The position numbers and the translations under genes were made by a program. Positions 11,614-22,330 of a stretch of 64,000 nucleotides of DNA are shown piece by piece; within the stretch, counting starts at the first letter, position 1, and every line of letters begins with the position of its first letter. Under the pieces are notes generated by a model. It had not been told where the DNA came from, made no database searches, and saw only the letters and a program-made list of their open reading frames with translations. Origin of the DNA: Histomonas meleagridis 2922-C6/04-290x (lineage: Eukaryota; Protista; Parabasalia); the NCBI GenBank assembly GCA_020184695.1, contig JAANOX010000097.1, positions 62,001 through 126,000 of the forward strand, written 5' to 3'.

Positions 11614-12098
11614 TAAAATTAACGGTCAAAAAATATGTGATTAAACATAAAAGTCTTCATTCACCAATTTCACACATTTTATAATAAATGCCCAAAGAGA
11701 ATTCAACGTGCTACATGATATGCTAAGATCATAGGTGATCCTATTTAAATAAAAATTAAATTTGGGTACAACTTTGATAAATTATTATGAGTTTGTATTT
11801 AAATTTATCAGTAAGTGTTCAAGATTTTAATAAATTTTTTTAGATATTAGCAATATTTTAAAAAAGATACATATCATTAAAAAATAAAAAATAAATTTTT
11901 CCTATTGGTTTTATTTTGCTTTCACAATTAAAGCATTAATGCAATTTATTATAATAAATTGTTATTCAAAGTTGTAGTAATTTGAAAATATTAGAAAGGA
12001 TTGCAAAACTTGTTTTTAAAACGACCGTTTATTATCAGAAATTGTCAAAACCTCAAAATTTCACAGGAACCGCTAATTCGTGGTCTTCCTTTTTTCAA

Positions 12099-12359
12099 AT
12101 GAGTACTCTCGACTGTGATATCCTTCATCCATCAATCGAAAAGGAAAAGCACACATGCAAGAAGAAGACCCTTATTCCAAACCCACGTTCAGAATTTGTC
12201 TCTCTTCGTTGCCCATCATGCATGAATGTCACAACAGCATTTTCACACTCCCACATCCCAGTCTATTGTGAGGAATGCAACACAACCCTTGCATACCCAA
12301 CAGGCGGTCGCATCAAGCTTGCAGAGAACGTTGAATGTCGTTCAAAGATTTCTGCATAA
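12099..12359 (+). CDS. RPS27: 40S ribosomal protein S27-like
   Basis: ATG 12099; LHPS.EKEK...K.LIPNPRS.F..RCPSC...TAFSHS...V.CEEC...LAYPTGGR.KL zinc finger. Confidence 0.9.
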   Translation: MSTLDCDILHPSIEKEKHTCKKKTLIPNPRSEFVSLRCPSCMNVTTAFSHSHIPVYCEECNTTLAYPTGGRIKLAENVECRSKISA

Positions 12360-12379
12360 ACAATTCTTTATACAAAAAT

Positions 12380-13111
12380 TTAAATATTACTTTCGTTTGT
12401 TTCTTTTGGTGAGCATTCTTCTTCACAAGATGCGTACATATCCAAAATCCTGGTTTCGTATTTTTCATAAATTTCAACCATCGCATTTGCGAGCATAGAA
12501 ACTTTGGAAAGAGGAGCAACAGAAAGAGCATACATTCGATGCTTTACAGTCGTTAGCTTTTCCCCAACAGAAAGTAGCAAAAACTGTGAAATAAGCTGAC
12601 GCAGATAATGATTTTCTTCGGAAGATGAAAACAACGCAGTGTCAATCGAATCGCACATTTCCTTTGTCATTTTAGCATCGCCACCATACAAACTTATTAG
12701 TTGGGTGAGAAGAATGTCAACTAATGAACAATCAAAATGATCTGTTGATGATAGATGTTCGATTTTTTTTTCTTGAAGAAACCGTGTGATTATGTTGTGC
12801 GTTTTGTCGGGATCTGTTTTAATGCTTTCTAGAATTTTGGTGATACAGTAAACGAATTTTCTTGGATCTCCAATAAATTCATCCAAAGAATCATCAATTA
12901 GATTTAAAAAATCATCAATTTTTCTGTTAGTTTTATCCGCATGAAGAGTGGTGATAATTTGCTGCAACTTTTTTTGTCTTTCTTCAGTTGGCAATTCTTT
13001 CAATGATTGCATCTGAATGAGAACATCACGGATTTTTTTGGATTCATAATCAATTTTTGCATTGAGTTCTACAAAATTTTCTGGTTTCAAATTATTCTTT
13101 TGTGATTCCAT
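12380..13111 (-). CDS. Hypothetical helical protein
   Basis: 243-aa ORF with coding-like composition, no recognised motif. Confidence 0.6.
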   Translation of the reverse strand: MESQKNNLKPENFVELNAKIDYESKKIRDVLIQMQSLKELPTEERQKKLQQIITTLHADKTNRKIDDFLNLIDDSLDEFIGDPRKFVYCITKILESIKTDPDKTHNIITRFLQEKKIEHLSSTDHFDCSLVDILLTQLISLYGGDAKMTKEMCDSIDTALFSSSEENHYLRQLISQFLLLSVGEKLTTVKHRMYALSVAPLSKVSMLANAMVEIYEKYETRILDMYASCEEECSPKETNESNI

Positions 13112-13417
13112 AATTATGATGACAGCAATAAATTGACACAGTTTGGTTGCATTAAATCTTCAGACTTTCTTCAGCAAAAATTAAGCTATGTCTTAAAAAT
13201 TGGGAAAATGGAATCAGCTTAGATTCCATTTCACTAAGAAATATTTCAAAATTCAATAATTGTTAATAAGATTAAATCTTGAAATCTGCTTTTTCAATTA
13301 GATATTCGCGAATCTGCAATGCTTTCATAAAAGTTTGCATGACAGATAATGCCAGTTTAACAATAATTATAGAAAATACATATTATGATGATTTACATAT
13401 ATTTTAATATCGAAGAA

Positions 13418-13741
13418 TCAACTATAATTAGGAAGTTCTCCTCTCTCTATCTTTTCTTTTACAATTTTTGTCATCCTTTCAATGGCTGATTCTGGTTCCG
13501 GCCCACATGGCTGAACCATTTTTTCGAGCAACTGAAGCCTAAGAAGAGCTTCCGGCTCTCCCAAACCCATGGATTGATATGTTAATAAACCTGGAAGTAA
13601 TATTATTGATGATAACGAATCTTGACATTGATTTGTTCTCCATACATGTTTTGAAGTATCAGGAGTTCCAGTGCCTTCGTGTTGAAGTTGAATCTGTTCA
13701 TTTTTTTCCCACGCGTAAGCTGCTGGCCCGGAACGTTTCAT
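13418..13741 (-). CDS. Hypothetical protein
   Basis: 107-aa GC-richer ORF, no recognised motif. Confidence 0.5.
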   Translation of the reverse strand: MKRSGPAAYAWEKNEQIQLQHEGTGTPDTSKHVWRTNQCQDSLSSIILLPGLLTYQSMGLGEPEALLRLQLLEKMVQPCGPEPESAIERMTKIVKEKIERGELPNYS

Positions 13742-13785
13742 TTATTGGAATTAATTAATTAATATTGTAAAGTATACAAAAAACC

Positions 13786-13805
13786 AAAGGGTAAATTTAC
13801 CCTTT
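13786..13805. promoter_or_regulatory. Perfect 20-bp palindrome in a divergent promoter region
   Basis: AAAGGGTAAATTTACCCTTT lies between the starts at 13741 (-) and 13870 (+). Confidence 0.35.
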
Positions 13806-13869
13806 CAGAAGAAGCAATTTTTTTACTCTTTAAATGGGGGAAAATAACAAAGAAATCAGTGAAAAACAC

Positions 13870-14446
13870 ATGAAAAATATTTTAGTATGTTTATTTTTTA
13901 ACAAAAGCTTGAAGAAGTTATGATAATGAAAAATAAACTTATTCAATCAATTAAATTTTTGGCTCATAATCAAACAATCAGAGAAACAGAGATGTTTGGA
14001 CCAATAATCATAAATTATTTGGTATCTCTTTTGATGTTGGGCTTCAAGACTGATCAAGCAGTTCCAAAAGGATATGCATTATATGTTATTACTTTAATTT
14101 TAGTAGTGGCATGTCTCTATTTCATATTAATTTTTAATCTAGTACATCTTTCTGTTGCGCAGATAATTTCGATATTATCATACTCATTAATTTATTTTAT
14201 TCCTTTTGGAATTATTGGAAGAATATTAGATACAATAATTGGTAAGTCAATAACTTTATATGTGGCTAAGGCATCTGTTTTTTTACCACCTACAGTTTTT
14301 CAAGGGTATTTTTTGATTCTAACTTCAGACTAATTTCCATAGAATTGTCAACAGACATGATCCCTCAGGAGCTTAAAATCATATATGCAATTCCACATTT
14401 TATAATGGGAATAGCATTATCAATATTCTCAATGTTTATTTCATGA
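13870..14446 (+). CDS. Yip1-family-like multi-TM protein; exons 13870-13884, 13908-14305, 14329-14446
   Basis: Removing two 23-nt GT-AG introns gives one open frame from ATG 13870 to TGA 14446 with additional hydrophobic helices. Confidence 0.7.
13885..13907 (+). other. 23-nt spliceosomal micro-intron
   Basis: GTATGTTTATTTTTTAACAAAAG; joins upstream ATG 13870 in frame to the ORF at 13920. Confidence 0.7.
14306..14328 (+). other. 23-nt spliceosomal micro-intron
   Basis: GTATTTTTTGATTCTAACTTCAG; TCTAAC branch motif; removal repairs a frameshift. Confidence 0.8.
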
Positions 14447-14590
14447 GCCAATTTTTTTGCACATTTTTAATAGAGACACACAACAAAATTCATGTACATC
14501 TTATTTTTTTGGAAGTAAAATTTAATTGTATCATTTTTCTTTGTTCGAAATCGTAAAAAAGTGACGTTTTTAATGGTCCGTTAAAATCTA

Positions 14591-14941
14591 ATGAACAAAG
14601 TAAAAACAACACAAAAGAAAGCAAAAATTTCAACATCTTTTGCACTTCGTAAAATAAGGGCAATAAAGGCAGAAAGAGAGGCAAAAGAAAACCCAGTTGA
14701 ACCAAACAAAAAAGAAGATTTTACAGAAAATGAACTTGATGAAATTTTTAGTAATATTAAAAAAAACAAAAAAGAAAAAGCTAAACAGCAGGCTTTAAAT
14801 GCAGAGAAGCTTGGTCAGCCAAAGAAAAGGAAGTATACATCAGATGGTCTTCCAATTTATACTGAGGAAGAGCTTGGTATGAACAACCCAAAGGCAGGAA
14901 CAACTCCATTGTGTCCATTTGATTGCGATTGTTGTCATTAA
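14591..14941 (+). CDS. DUF1764-family protein
   Basis: RKYTSDGLPIYTEEELG...GTTPLCPFDCDCC C-terminus. Confidence 0.85.
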   Translation: MNKVKTTQKKAKISTSFALRKIRAIKAEREAKENPVEPNKKEDFTENELDEIFSNIKKNKKEKAKQQALNAEKLGQPKKRKYTSDGLPIYTEEELGMNNPKAGTTPLCPFDCDCCH

Positions 14942-14971
14942 ATAACAAAATAAAAAATATTTTACATATAT

Positions 14972-15346
14972 TTAAGTCTGTAAGTAATCTGCTGCTTGAA
15001 GAAGCTCTACAGCCATTTTTGGGTCAACATCAAATGGTGGGATCAAATCTAAATGATCAGAATATTGAGTTTTGTAATGCCAGTATTCGATAATTCTTTC
15101 AAGAATAATAGCTCTAATTTTTGGAAGGTAAATTACTTTAGTTTGTGCTTCTTGGAAGTTTCCACCTCCGTATAAAATATTACGAATTGTTTGACTTATT
15201 AATGCTGTTTTCTTATCGACTACAAATTCATAACCATCATTTGACACAAGTGTTATAGCATCGATCGGTATAAGGTCATCATCAAATTCCTCTTCTTCTT
15301 CAAATTTTTTTTGTTCTTGGAGTTTCTTTTCTAAAAGAGTTGCCAT
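14972..15346 (-). CDS. ELC1: Elongin C (Skp1/BTB family)
   Basis: ITLVSNDGYEF...A..SQTIR...I.A.ILE..IEY.HYK..Y...IPPF.V.P..A.ELL.AADYL. Confidence 0.85.
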   Translation of the reverse strand: MATLLEKKLQEQKKFEEEEEFDDDLIPIDAITLVSNDGYEFVVDKKTALISQTIRNILYGGGNFQEAQTKVIYLPKIRAIILERIIEYWHYKTQYSDHLDLIPPFDVDPKMAVELLQAADYLQT

Positions 15347-15437
15347 CTAACGTAATATTTTCTGCCGACAAATTCAGTTAAAAAATATTTAAACGATAGC
15401 GAAATGTGAACTAAAAAATCAAAATCCGAAGGGAAAA

Positions 15438-16391
15438 CTAATTATTTACAATTTTCTTTCTGTTTTTGTTCTGTAACATCTCGACTTTCTTAATGTACCC
15501 AATAACTCTGTTAATCGCTTTATCATCTGTATCAGGAAATTTCACTTGATGTTCAGCAAACATTTGATATATCTCCTTAAATGTTGGACGTGCCTTTGGA
15601 TCTTGCACCCAGCAGTTGTTGATTAAGTTCTTTAGTGGTGTCGGTGTCATAATAGGAATTGATGGCCTTTGTCCTTTTTGTGCAACAGCATGCTCAATTT
15701 CTTCGTTTGTCTTTCCCTTGAATGGTACACTACCGGTAAGTATCTCCCAAAGTAGCATTCCATATGCATATACATCAATTTTGAAATCGTAATCTTTGTG
15801 CTCAAAAACCTCTGGAGCAAGCCAATTTGGTGTCCCAATCATTTCATGACGCTTTTTTGAACTGAAATGCTTATCTATAGAAATTCCAAAATCGCAAATA
15901 ATAGGTAACATTTCTGAATCAAGTAGAATATTAGCAGATTTGAGATCATGGTGAATAACGCCACTCTTGTGTAAAACCATAAAACCTTTGGCAACACCAA
16001 GAGAAATTATTGTTTTTTGGGTTCCTGTTAAATTTATTGCAAAATCATTGGCGAGTCGTAAAGCACTATGAAGAGAACCACCTGGAATATATTCAGTAAT
16101 AATTACAAAGGGATATTTGATTGTAAACCCAATAAATTTTAATATGAATAAATCAGAACATCGGGATAAGATTGATATTTCTTTTTCATACGGAATAATT
16201 CTATTACCATTTAAGTCTTCACATTTTAATTCTTTCATAGCACAAAGGGTACCTGTTGAATATTGCATACCAAGACGAACAATACTAAAACCACCAGAAC
16301 CTATTGTTTCTCCAATATAAAAATCATCTAATTGAACAACAAAATTTGGGTATCTTTTGCCTAATTCTTCAACAGAGCTGGAGGGTTGCAT
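15438..16391 (-). CDS. TKL-group protein kinase
   Basis: GSGGFS, AMK, HHDLKSANILL, DFG, GTPNWLAPE, DVYAYG motifs. Confidence 0.9.
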   Translation of the reverse strand: MQPSSSVEELGKRYPNFVVQLDDFYIGETIGSGGFSIVRLGMQYSTGTLCAMKELKCEDLNGNRIIPYEKEISILSRCSDLFILKFIGFTIKYPFVIITEYIPGGSLHSALRLANDFAINLTGTQKTIISLGVAKGFMVLHKSGVIHHDLKSANILLDSEMLPIICDFGISIDKHFSSKKRHEMIGTPNWLAPEVFEHKDYDFKIDVYAYGMLLWEILTGSVPFKGKTNEEIEHAVAQKGQRPSIPIMTPTPLKNLINNCWVQDPKARPTFKEIYQMFAEHQVKFPDTDDKAINRVIGYIKKVEMLQNKNRKKIVNN

Positions 16392-16817
16392 TCAACAAAC
16401 CCTTTCTCCAAAAATTTGAATTCTGTAGTTTACAAAAAAATCAATTTCTTGCAAATTGTCAAAATTTGATCTGTTATCTCTTTTCAGGAAAACTATCACT
16501 AATGATTAATAAGCATATCAATGCCTCTACCCGAAACAAGTTCTAGACAGGCAGCAATAATTTTTCTGAAAAAAATTAAATTTTGAAAATTTCACAATAA
16601 TACGAAAAAAGAAACGCGGACATCAACCAACGAAGCCAATTTTATAACAGTGTTTATCGAATATGTAAATATTAAATATTGAAATTTATAAAAAATTATT
16701 TTGAAAAATAATGAAATCAAATTTATAAGCAAACTTAGTATTAACTGAGTAAAAGTTATGCAATGATATCTGTTTTAAAATTCAATAATATTTTTTTTTG
16801 AAAATATTTGATTTTTT

Positions 16818-17186
16818 TTACTTAGGAACTTGGTTATAAACCTTTGCAACTATTCTCCATTCATTGTTCATTTTAACAAGCATTAAATAATCGGAGAAAT
16901 CATGACCTGCCCAATTATCTTCAAGAACGCGTGCAAGTGCAACAGTTCCATCAATAAAAACAACATCAACGCGTGATCTGTAACCTTCAGGTGCACCTAC
17001 TTCATTAATATTGTTGTATAAGTTTTGGATAGATCCTTGTTCGAGTTTTCCATCGAGGAAACCAAACATAACTGCGTTATCAAGGAAGACTGGTTGGCAT
17101 ATTTCTGGTTTACCACTACCAACTGCATCTGCAAACTTTTGAGCTGCTTCTTGAACTGCATTGAAATCGTCGATTGATGCTCTCAT
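16818..17186 (-). CDS. NTF2-like putative lumazine-binding family protein, bacterial-type
   Basis: A.A.V....W.G..FSDYL.L.K....W.IV.K pattern; TCACTT initiator-like element just upstream of the ATG. Confidence 0.7.
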   Translation of the reverse strand: MRASIDDFNAVQEAAQKFADAVGSGKPEICQPVFLDNAVMFGFLDGKLEQGSIQNLYNNINEVGAPEGYRSRVDVVFIDGTVALARVLEDNWAGHDFSDYLMLVKMNNEWRIVAKVYNQVPK

Positions 17187-17592
17187 GTCAATTATATAAG
17201 TGAAGTCAACAACGTTTCACCTTTTGAGACACCAAAAATGAAGTATACGATAATTTTTTCAATTGTTTATTCGAAAAATGCTACCCGATAGCTTGTCGTA
17301 AAGTTAATAACGGTTGCTGTCAATGTCGTTTCAATCTCGTAAACAATAGAATTTTATCGGTTAGATGTAACAAAAATTTTCCAGAAAACCGTAAGTAATT
17401 TTATTAAGGTTTCAGCGAAGAGTTGAATACAGCATTATTTAGGTTGTGATGATAGACATAAATCAAACGATAAAATTGGAAAATTGGATTGGCTTATTTT
17501 ATTTTCATTCAAAATACGAGTGACATAAATTTTCATCGTTTCGGATTCGAATTGGTATTCAATTTTGTGAAAATTTATTTAATTTATTCCAA

Positions 17593-20500
17593 ATGGGGGG
17601 AAACCAAAGTAAAGCAATTCTCAAATCCAACGAAAACCTTCAAATATTGCAAGCTGTTGAGAGAATTATTTTCGATTTAAATGAGGAAAATATTGATCAA
17701 TCAGTCGAATCTTCTTTTCAATACTTTTCTCAAGAATTTCCAATTTCATTCCTTCACATTATTAGCAGAATTATTTATTCATATTTTGTTTTCAAAGGAT
17801 TTGAAAAATTATGCATCAAGTATTTACAGAAAGCAGAAATAAAATCGAACAATACCTTAATTAATGTTGTTACTCAATTTTTATTAACAATTAATAACGA
17901 AGAATCAAATTATCTTCTTGAAAAAATGATTGAAAGTAAATTAATAGAACCAAAAATTATTCAAAATAAAAATAATCCTTTTTATATACATTATGTTTCA
18001 GAAGAAGAATTCATAAAACTGCAATCTCAAAGGATTAAATTCAAAAATAAAAATAATTTCAAAGATCTTTCTGAAAATTTTGAACTTCATAAGAAATATG
18101 TTAAGAACGGGCACAATCCAAATAAAATCGCAACAATAATTCGTAATGATGAAGTCGAAAAACTTCAAGAAATATCATCACAAACAAATTTTAATTTTAA
18201 TCAAACAATTGAGCCATCACTTTATGAAAGATATTCGTTTATTAACAAACCAAATGTTACATTAATTGATTATGCAGCATTTTTTTCTTCAGTTAAATGT
18301 TTTAAATATTTACTTATGAATGGAGCAAATGTAATAAACACAGGTAAATATGCAATTGCAGGTGGGAATGAAGAAATCATTCATTTATGTGAGCAAAATC
18401 ATTCATCATTTGATAGCGCATATGAAACAGCAATTATGTTTCATCGAAATGATATCTTTAAATACCTTTATGAAAATAAAATTAATCCTGATAATAATTT
18501 AGAAGAATTAGGAAAAGAATGTATTTTACATGATAATTTTGATCTTCTTTCATTTTTAAAAGAAGAAGGAATGAATATCAATAAGAATCATATCATCAAT
18601 TCTATTAGAACAGGAAATATTTTTATTTTTTTAGATTTCCTCGGAAATAATGAAATTTCATTAAATTTTTTAGAGATTTCAGAGATTTCTATCAAGGAAG
18701 AATTTTTTGACTACCTTATTAAACACAAATATATTAATTTAAAGAGAAGTGTTTGAAAATTTTATTGAAATTTTATTAAAACGATTTGATATTTTAAAAT
18801 TTGATTTAAATTTTTATTATAAAATTTAATACAGCACTTATTTTAGCATCTGAAAAAGGTCATACAGAAATTGTTAAAATACTTCTTCAACAAAAAGGAA
18901 TTGATGTTAATGCAAAAAATATTCATTTGAATAATTTGGAATATGTTTTAATAATTTGAAATATGTTTTAATAATTTGAAATATGTTTTAATAATTTGAA
19001 ACAGCACTTCATATAGCAGTTAGAAATAATAATATAGAAATAGTAAAATTACTTTTAGATAAAGGAATTAATATTAATGCAAAAACTATTCATTTGAATA
19101 ATTTAGAATATGTTTTAATAATTTTATATATTTTTTAATAATTTGAAATATGTATTAATAATTTAGAATATGTTTTAATAATTTGAAATATGTTTTAATA
19201 ATTTGAAATATGTTTTAATAATTTTATATATTTTTTAATAATTTAGAATATGTTTTAATAATTTGAAATATGTTTTAATAATTTGAAACAGCACTTCATA
19301 TAGCAGTTAGAAATAATAATATAGAAATAGTAAAATTACTTTTAGATAAAGGAATTAATATTAATGCAAAAACTATTCATTTGAATAATTTAGAATATGT
19401 TTTAATAATTTAGAATATGTTTTAATAATTTAGAATATGTTTTAATAATTTGAAATATGTTTTAATAATTTAGAATATGTTTTAATAATTTGAAATATGT
19501 TTTAATAATTTGAAACAACACTTCATATAGCAGTTAGAAATAATAATATAGAAATAGTAAAATTACTTTTAGATAAAGGAATTAATATTAATGCAAAAAC
19601 TATTCATTTGAATAATTTAGAATATGTTTTAATAATTTTATATATTTTTTAATAATTTGAAATATGTATTAATAATTTAGAATATGTTTTAATAATTTGA
19701 AATATGTTTTAATAATTTAGAATATGTTTTAATAATTTAGAATATGTTTTAATAATTTAGAATATGTTTTAATAATTTAGAATATGTTTTAATAATTTTA
19801 TATATGCTTTAATAATTTAGAATATGTTTTAATAATTTAGAATATGTTTTAATAATTTGAAATATGTTTTAATAATTTGAAATATGTTTTAATAATTTTA
19901 TATATTTTTTAATAATTTTATATATTTTTTAATAATTTGAAATATGTTTTAATAATTTGAAATATGTTTTAATAATTTGAAATATGTTTTAATAATTTGA
20001 AATATGTTTTAATAATTTGAAATATGTTTTAATAATTTAGAATATGTTTTAATAATTTTATATATGCTTTAATAATTTGAAATATGCTTTAATAATTTAG
20101 AATATGTTTTAATAATTTAGAATATGTTTTAATAATTTTATATATTTTTTAATAATTTGAAATATGTTTTAATAATTTTATATTTTTTTTAATAATTTGA
20201 AATATGTTTTAATAATTTTATATATTTTTTAATAATTTGAAATATGTTTTAATAATTTTATATATTTTTTAATAATTTTATATATTTTTTAATAATTTAG
20301 AATATGTTTTAATAATTTTATATATGTTTTAATAATTTTATATATGTTTTAATAATTTTATATATTTTTTAATAATTTGAAATATGTATTAATAATTTGA
20401 AACAGCACTTCATATAGCAGTTAAAAATAATAATATAGAAATAGTAAAATTACTTTTAGATAAAGAAGGAATTGATTTTAATGCAAAAACTATTCATTTG

Positions 20501-21426
20501 AATAATTTAAAATATGTTTTAATAATTTTTATATATTTTTTAATAATTTGAAATATGTATTAATAATTTGAAACAGCACTTCATATAGCAGTTAAAAATA
20601 ATAATATAGAAATAGTAAAATTACTTTTAGATAAAGGAATTGATTTTAATGCAAAAACTATTCATTTGAATAATTTAAAATATGTTTTAATAATTTAGAA
20701 TATGTTTTAATAATTTAGAATATGTTTTAATAATTTGAAATATGTTTTAATAATTTAGAATATGTTTTAATAATTTGAAATATGTTTTAATAATTTGAAA
20801 TATGTTTTAATAATTTGAAACAGCACTTCATATAGCAGTTAAAAATAATAATATAGAAATAGTAAAATTACTTTTAGATAAAGAAGGAATTGATTTTAAT
20901 GCAAAAACTATTCATTTGAATAATTTAAAATATGTTTTAATAATTTTATATATTTTTTAATAATTTGAAATATGTATTAATAATTTGAAACAGCACTTCA
21001 TATAGCAGTTAAAAATAATAATATAGAAATAGTAAAATTACTTTTAGATAAAGGAATTGATTTTAATGCAAAAACTATTCATTTGAATAATTTAAAATAT
21101 GTTTTAATAATTTAGAATATGTTTTAATAATTTAGAATATGTTTTAATAATTTGAAATATGTTTTAATAATTTGAAATATGTTTTAATAATTTGAAACAG
21201 CACTTCATATAGCAGTTAAAAATAATAATATAGAAATAGTAAAATTACTTTTAGATAAAGGAATTGATTTTAATGCAAAAACTATTCATTTGAATAATTT
21301 AGAATATGTTTTAATAATTTGAAATATGTTTTAATAGTTTGGAATATGTTTTAACAATATTTTACTGCAACTCAAATTGCACACCAAAAAGGTTACACAG
21401 AAATAGTAAATGTACTTCGTGAATAA
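17593..21426 (+). CDS. DUF3447-ankyrin gene A: 387-aa 5' ORF plus 10 ankyrin modules split by non-GT-AG spacers
   Basis: IRNDE..KLQE...YAAFFSSVKCFKYL..N...YAIAGGNEEIIH core; modules start at 18831, 19001, 19288, 19515, 20402, 20573, 20820, 20990, 21197, 21364; last module ends at TAA 21426. Confidence 0.75.
18921..21363 (+). repeat. 20-nt minisatellite (AATAATTTGAAATATGTTTT and variants) confined to the inter-module spacers of gene A
   Basis: Spacer lengths here are 80, 200, 140, 800, 81, 160, 80, 120 and 80 nt. Confidence 0.95.
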
Positions 21427-21839
21427 AGTACAAACGAAAATTTTAAATCAGATTCCTCTTCTACAAACATCAAATCTTCATTTTCAATAAGAAATGGAAA
21501 TAAAGCATATATTGTTAACAAATTAAAATCAACTCGAAGATCAAATGTTCGCAAAAAACATGGCTTAGATATCTCCTCAACATGGTTGAGCATAATTCTA
21601 AAATCACTTCAATTCCAAATTTCCATATGTATTTTATCTAATTTAACAATTTCGTTCATTTGTTCTCAGTGATTTTGAAGTACCAAATGCTAAAGTTCTC
21701 TGTGTTTCCTATATTATAGTACAACTTGAGCAATTGTTTTTCCACGTGTATCGCGAATCTATTAAGCATTTTATTTTGGAAGATACCAAACAAGCCTCCA
21801 GCGAGAGATCACCCATTGTATAGCATAAATCTTGTTGCT

Positions 21840-22120
21840 GTTATAAAATGATTAAAATAAATACATAATAAAACAAATAAATATTTTTAGTATTAATATC
21901 ATATTATTTTTGTTCCATAAGTAATTTAACTATTTATGCATGGCCACTTAAAGATGCCCACAGTGCTGCTTATAATATTTTAGGAATAATTACTAAAATG
22001 TTTTTTGTAAAAAACGAATGAATATCTCTAGCATTTATATCAATTCCGTTTTGTATAAAAAGGATATTTGCAATTGCATAATGACCTTGTCGTATTGCAC
22101 AATGAGGTGCTGTTTCATTA
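21840..22120 (-). pseudogene. Degenerate ankyrin-module fragments
   Basis: TAPHCAIRQGHYAIANILFIQNGIDINARD, a spacer, then AAL-WASLSGHA*IVKLLMEQK with stop and frameshift. Confidence 0.55.
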
Positions 22121-22330
22121 ATTTCAAATAAATTACAATAAATATTACACAGTAAATATTCATTAGTACTTTAAGAAGCATCCGAATTCTAATATTAGAA
22201 TTATGATATGGAATTTAATAAATTTTTTTATTGATCAAAATTTCTTCTCACATTATGTGAAGAACCATATCTCATTAACACACTCGCTGTGATTAGTGTA
22301 AAATCAATGAATAGTTTACACGTCCATATA

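Noticed and set aside
18921-21363. CRISPR-like repeat-spacer array (87-90 nt units separated by variable DNA)
   Set aside because: The repeated units are ankyrin-coding modules, the intervening DNA is itself a tandem 20-mer, the context is eukaryotic and there are no cas genes
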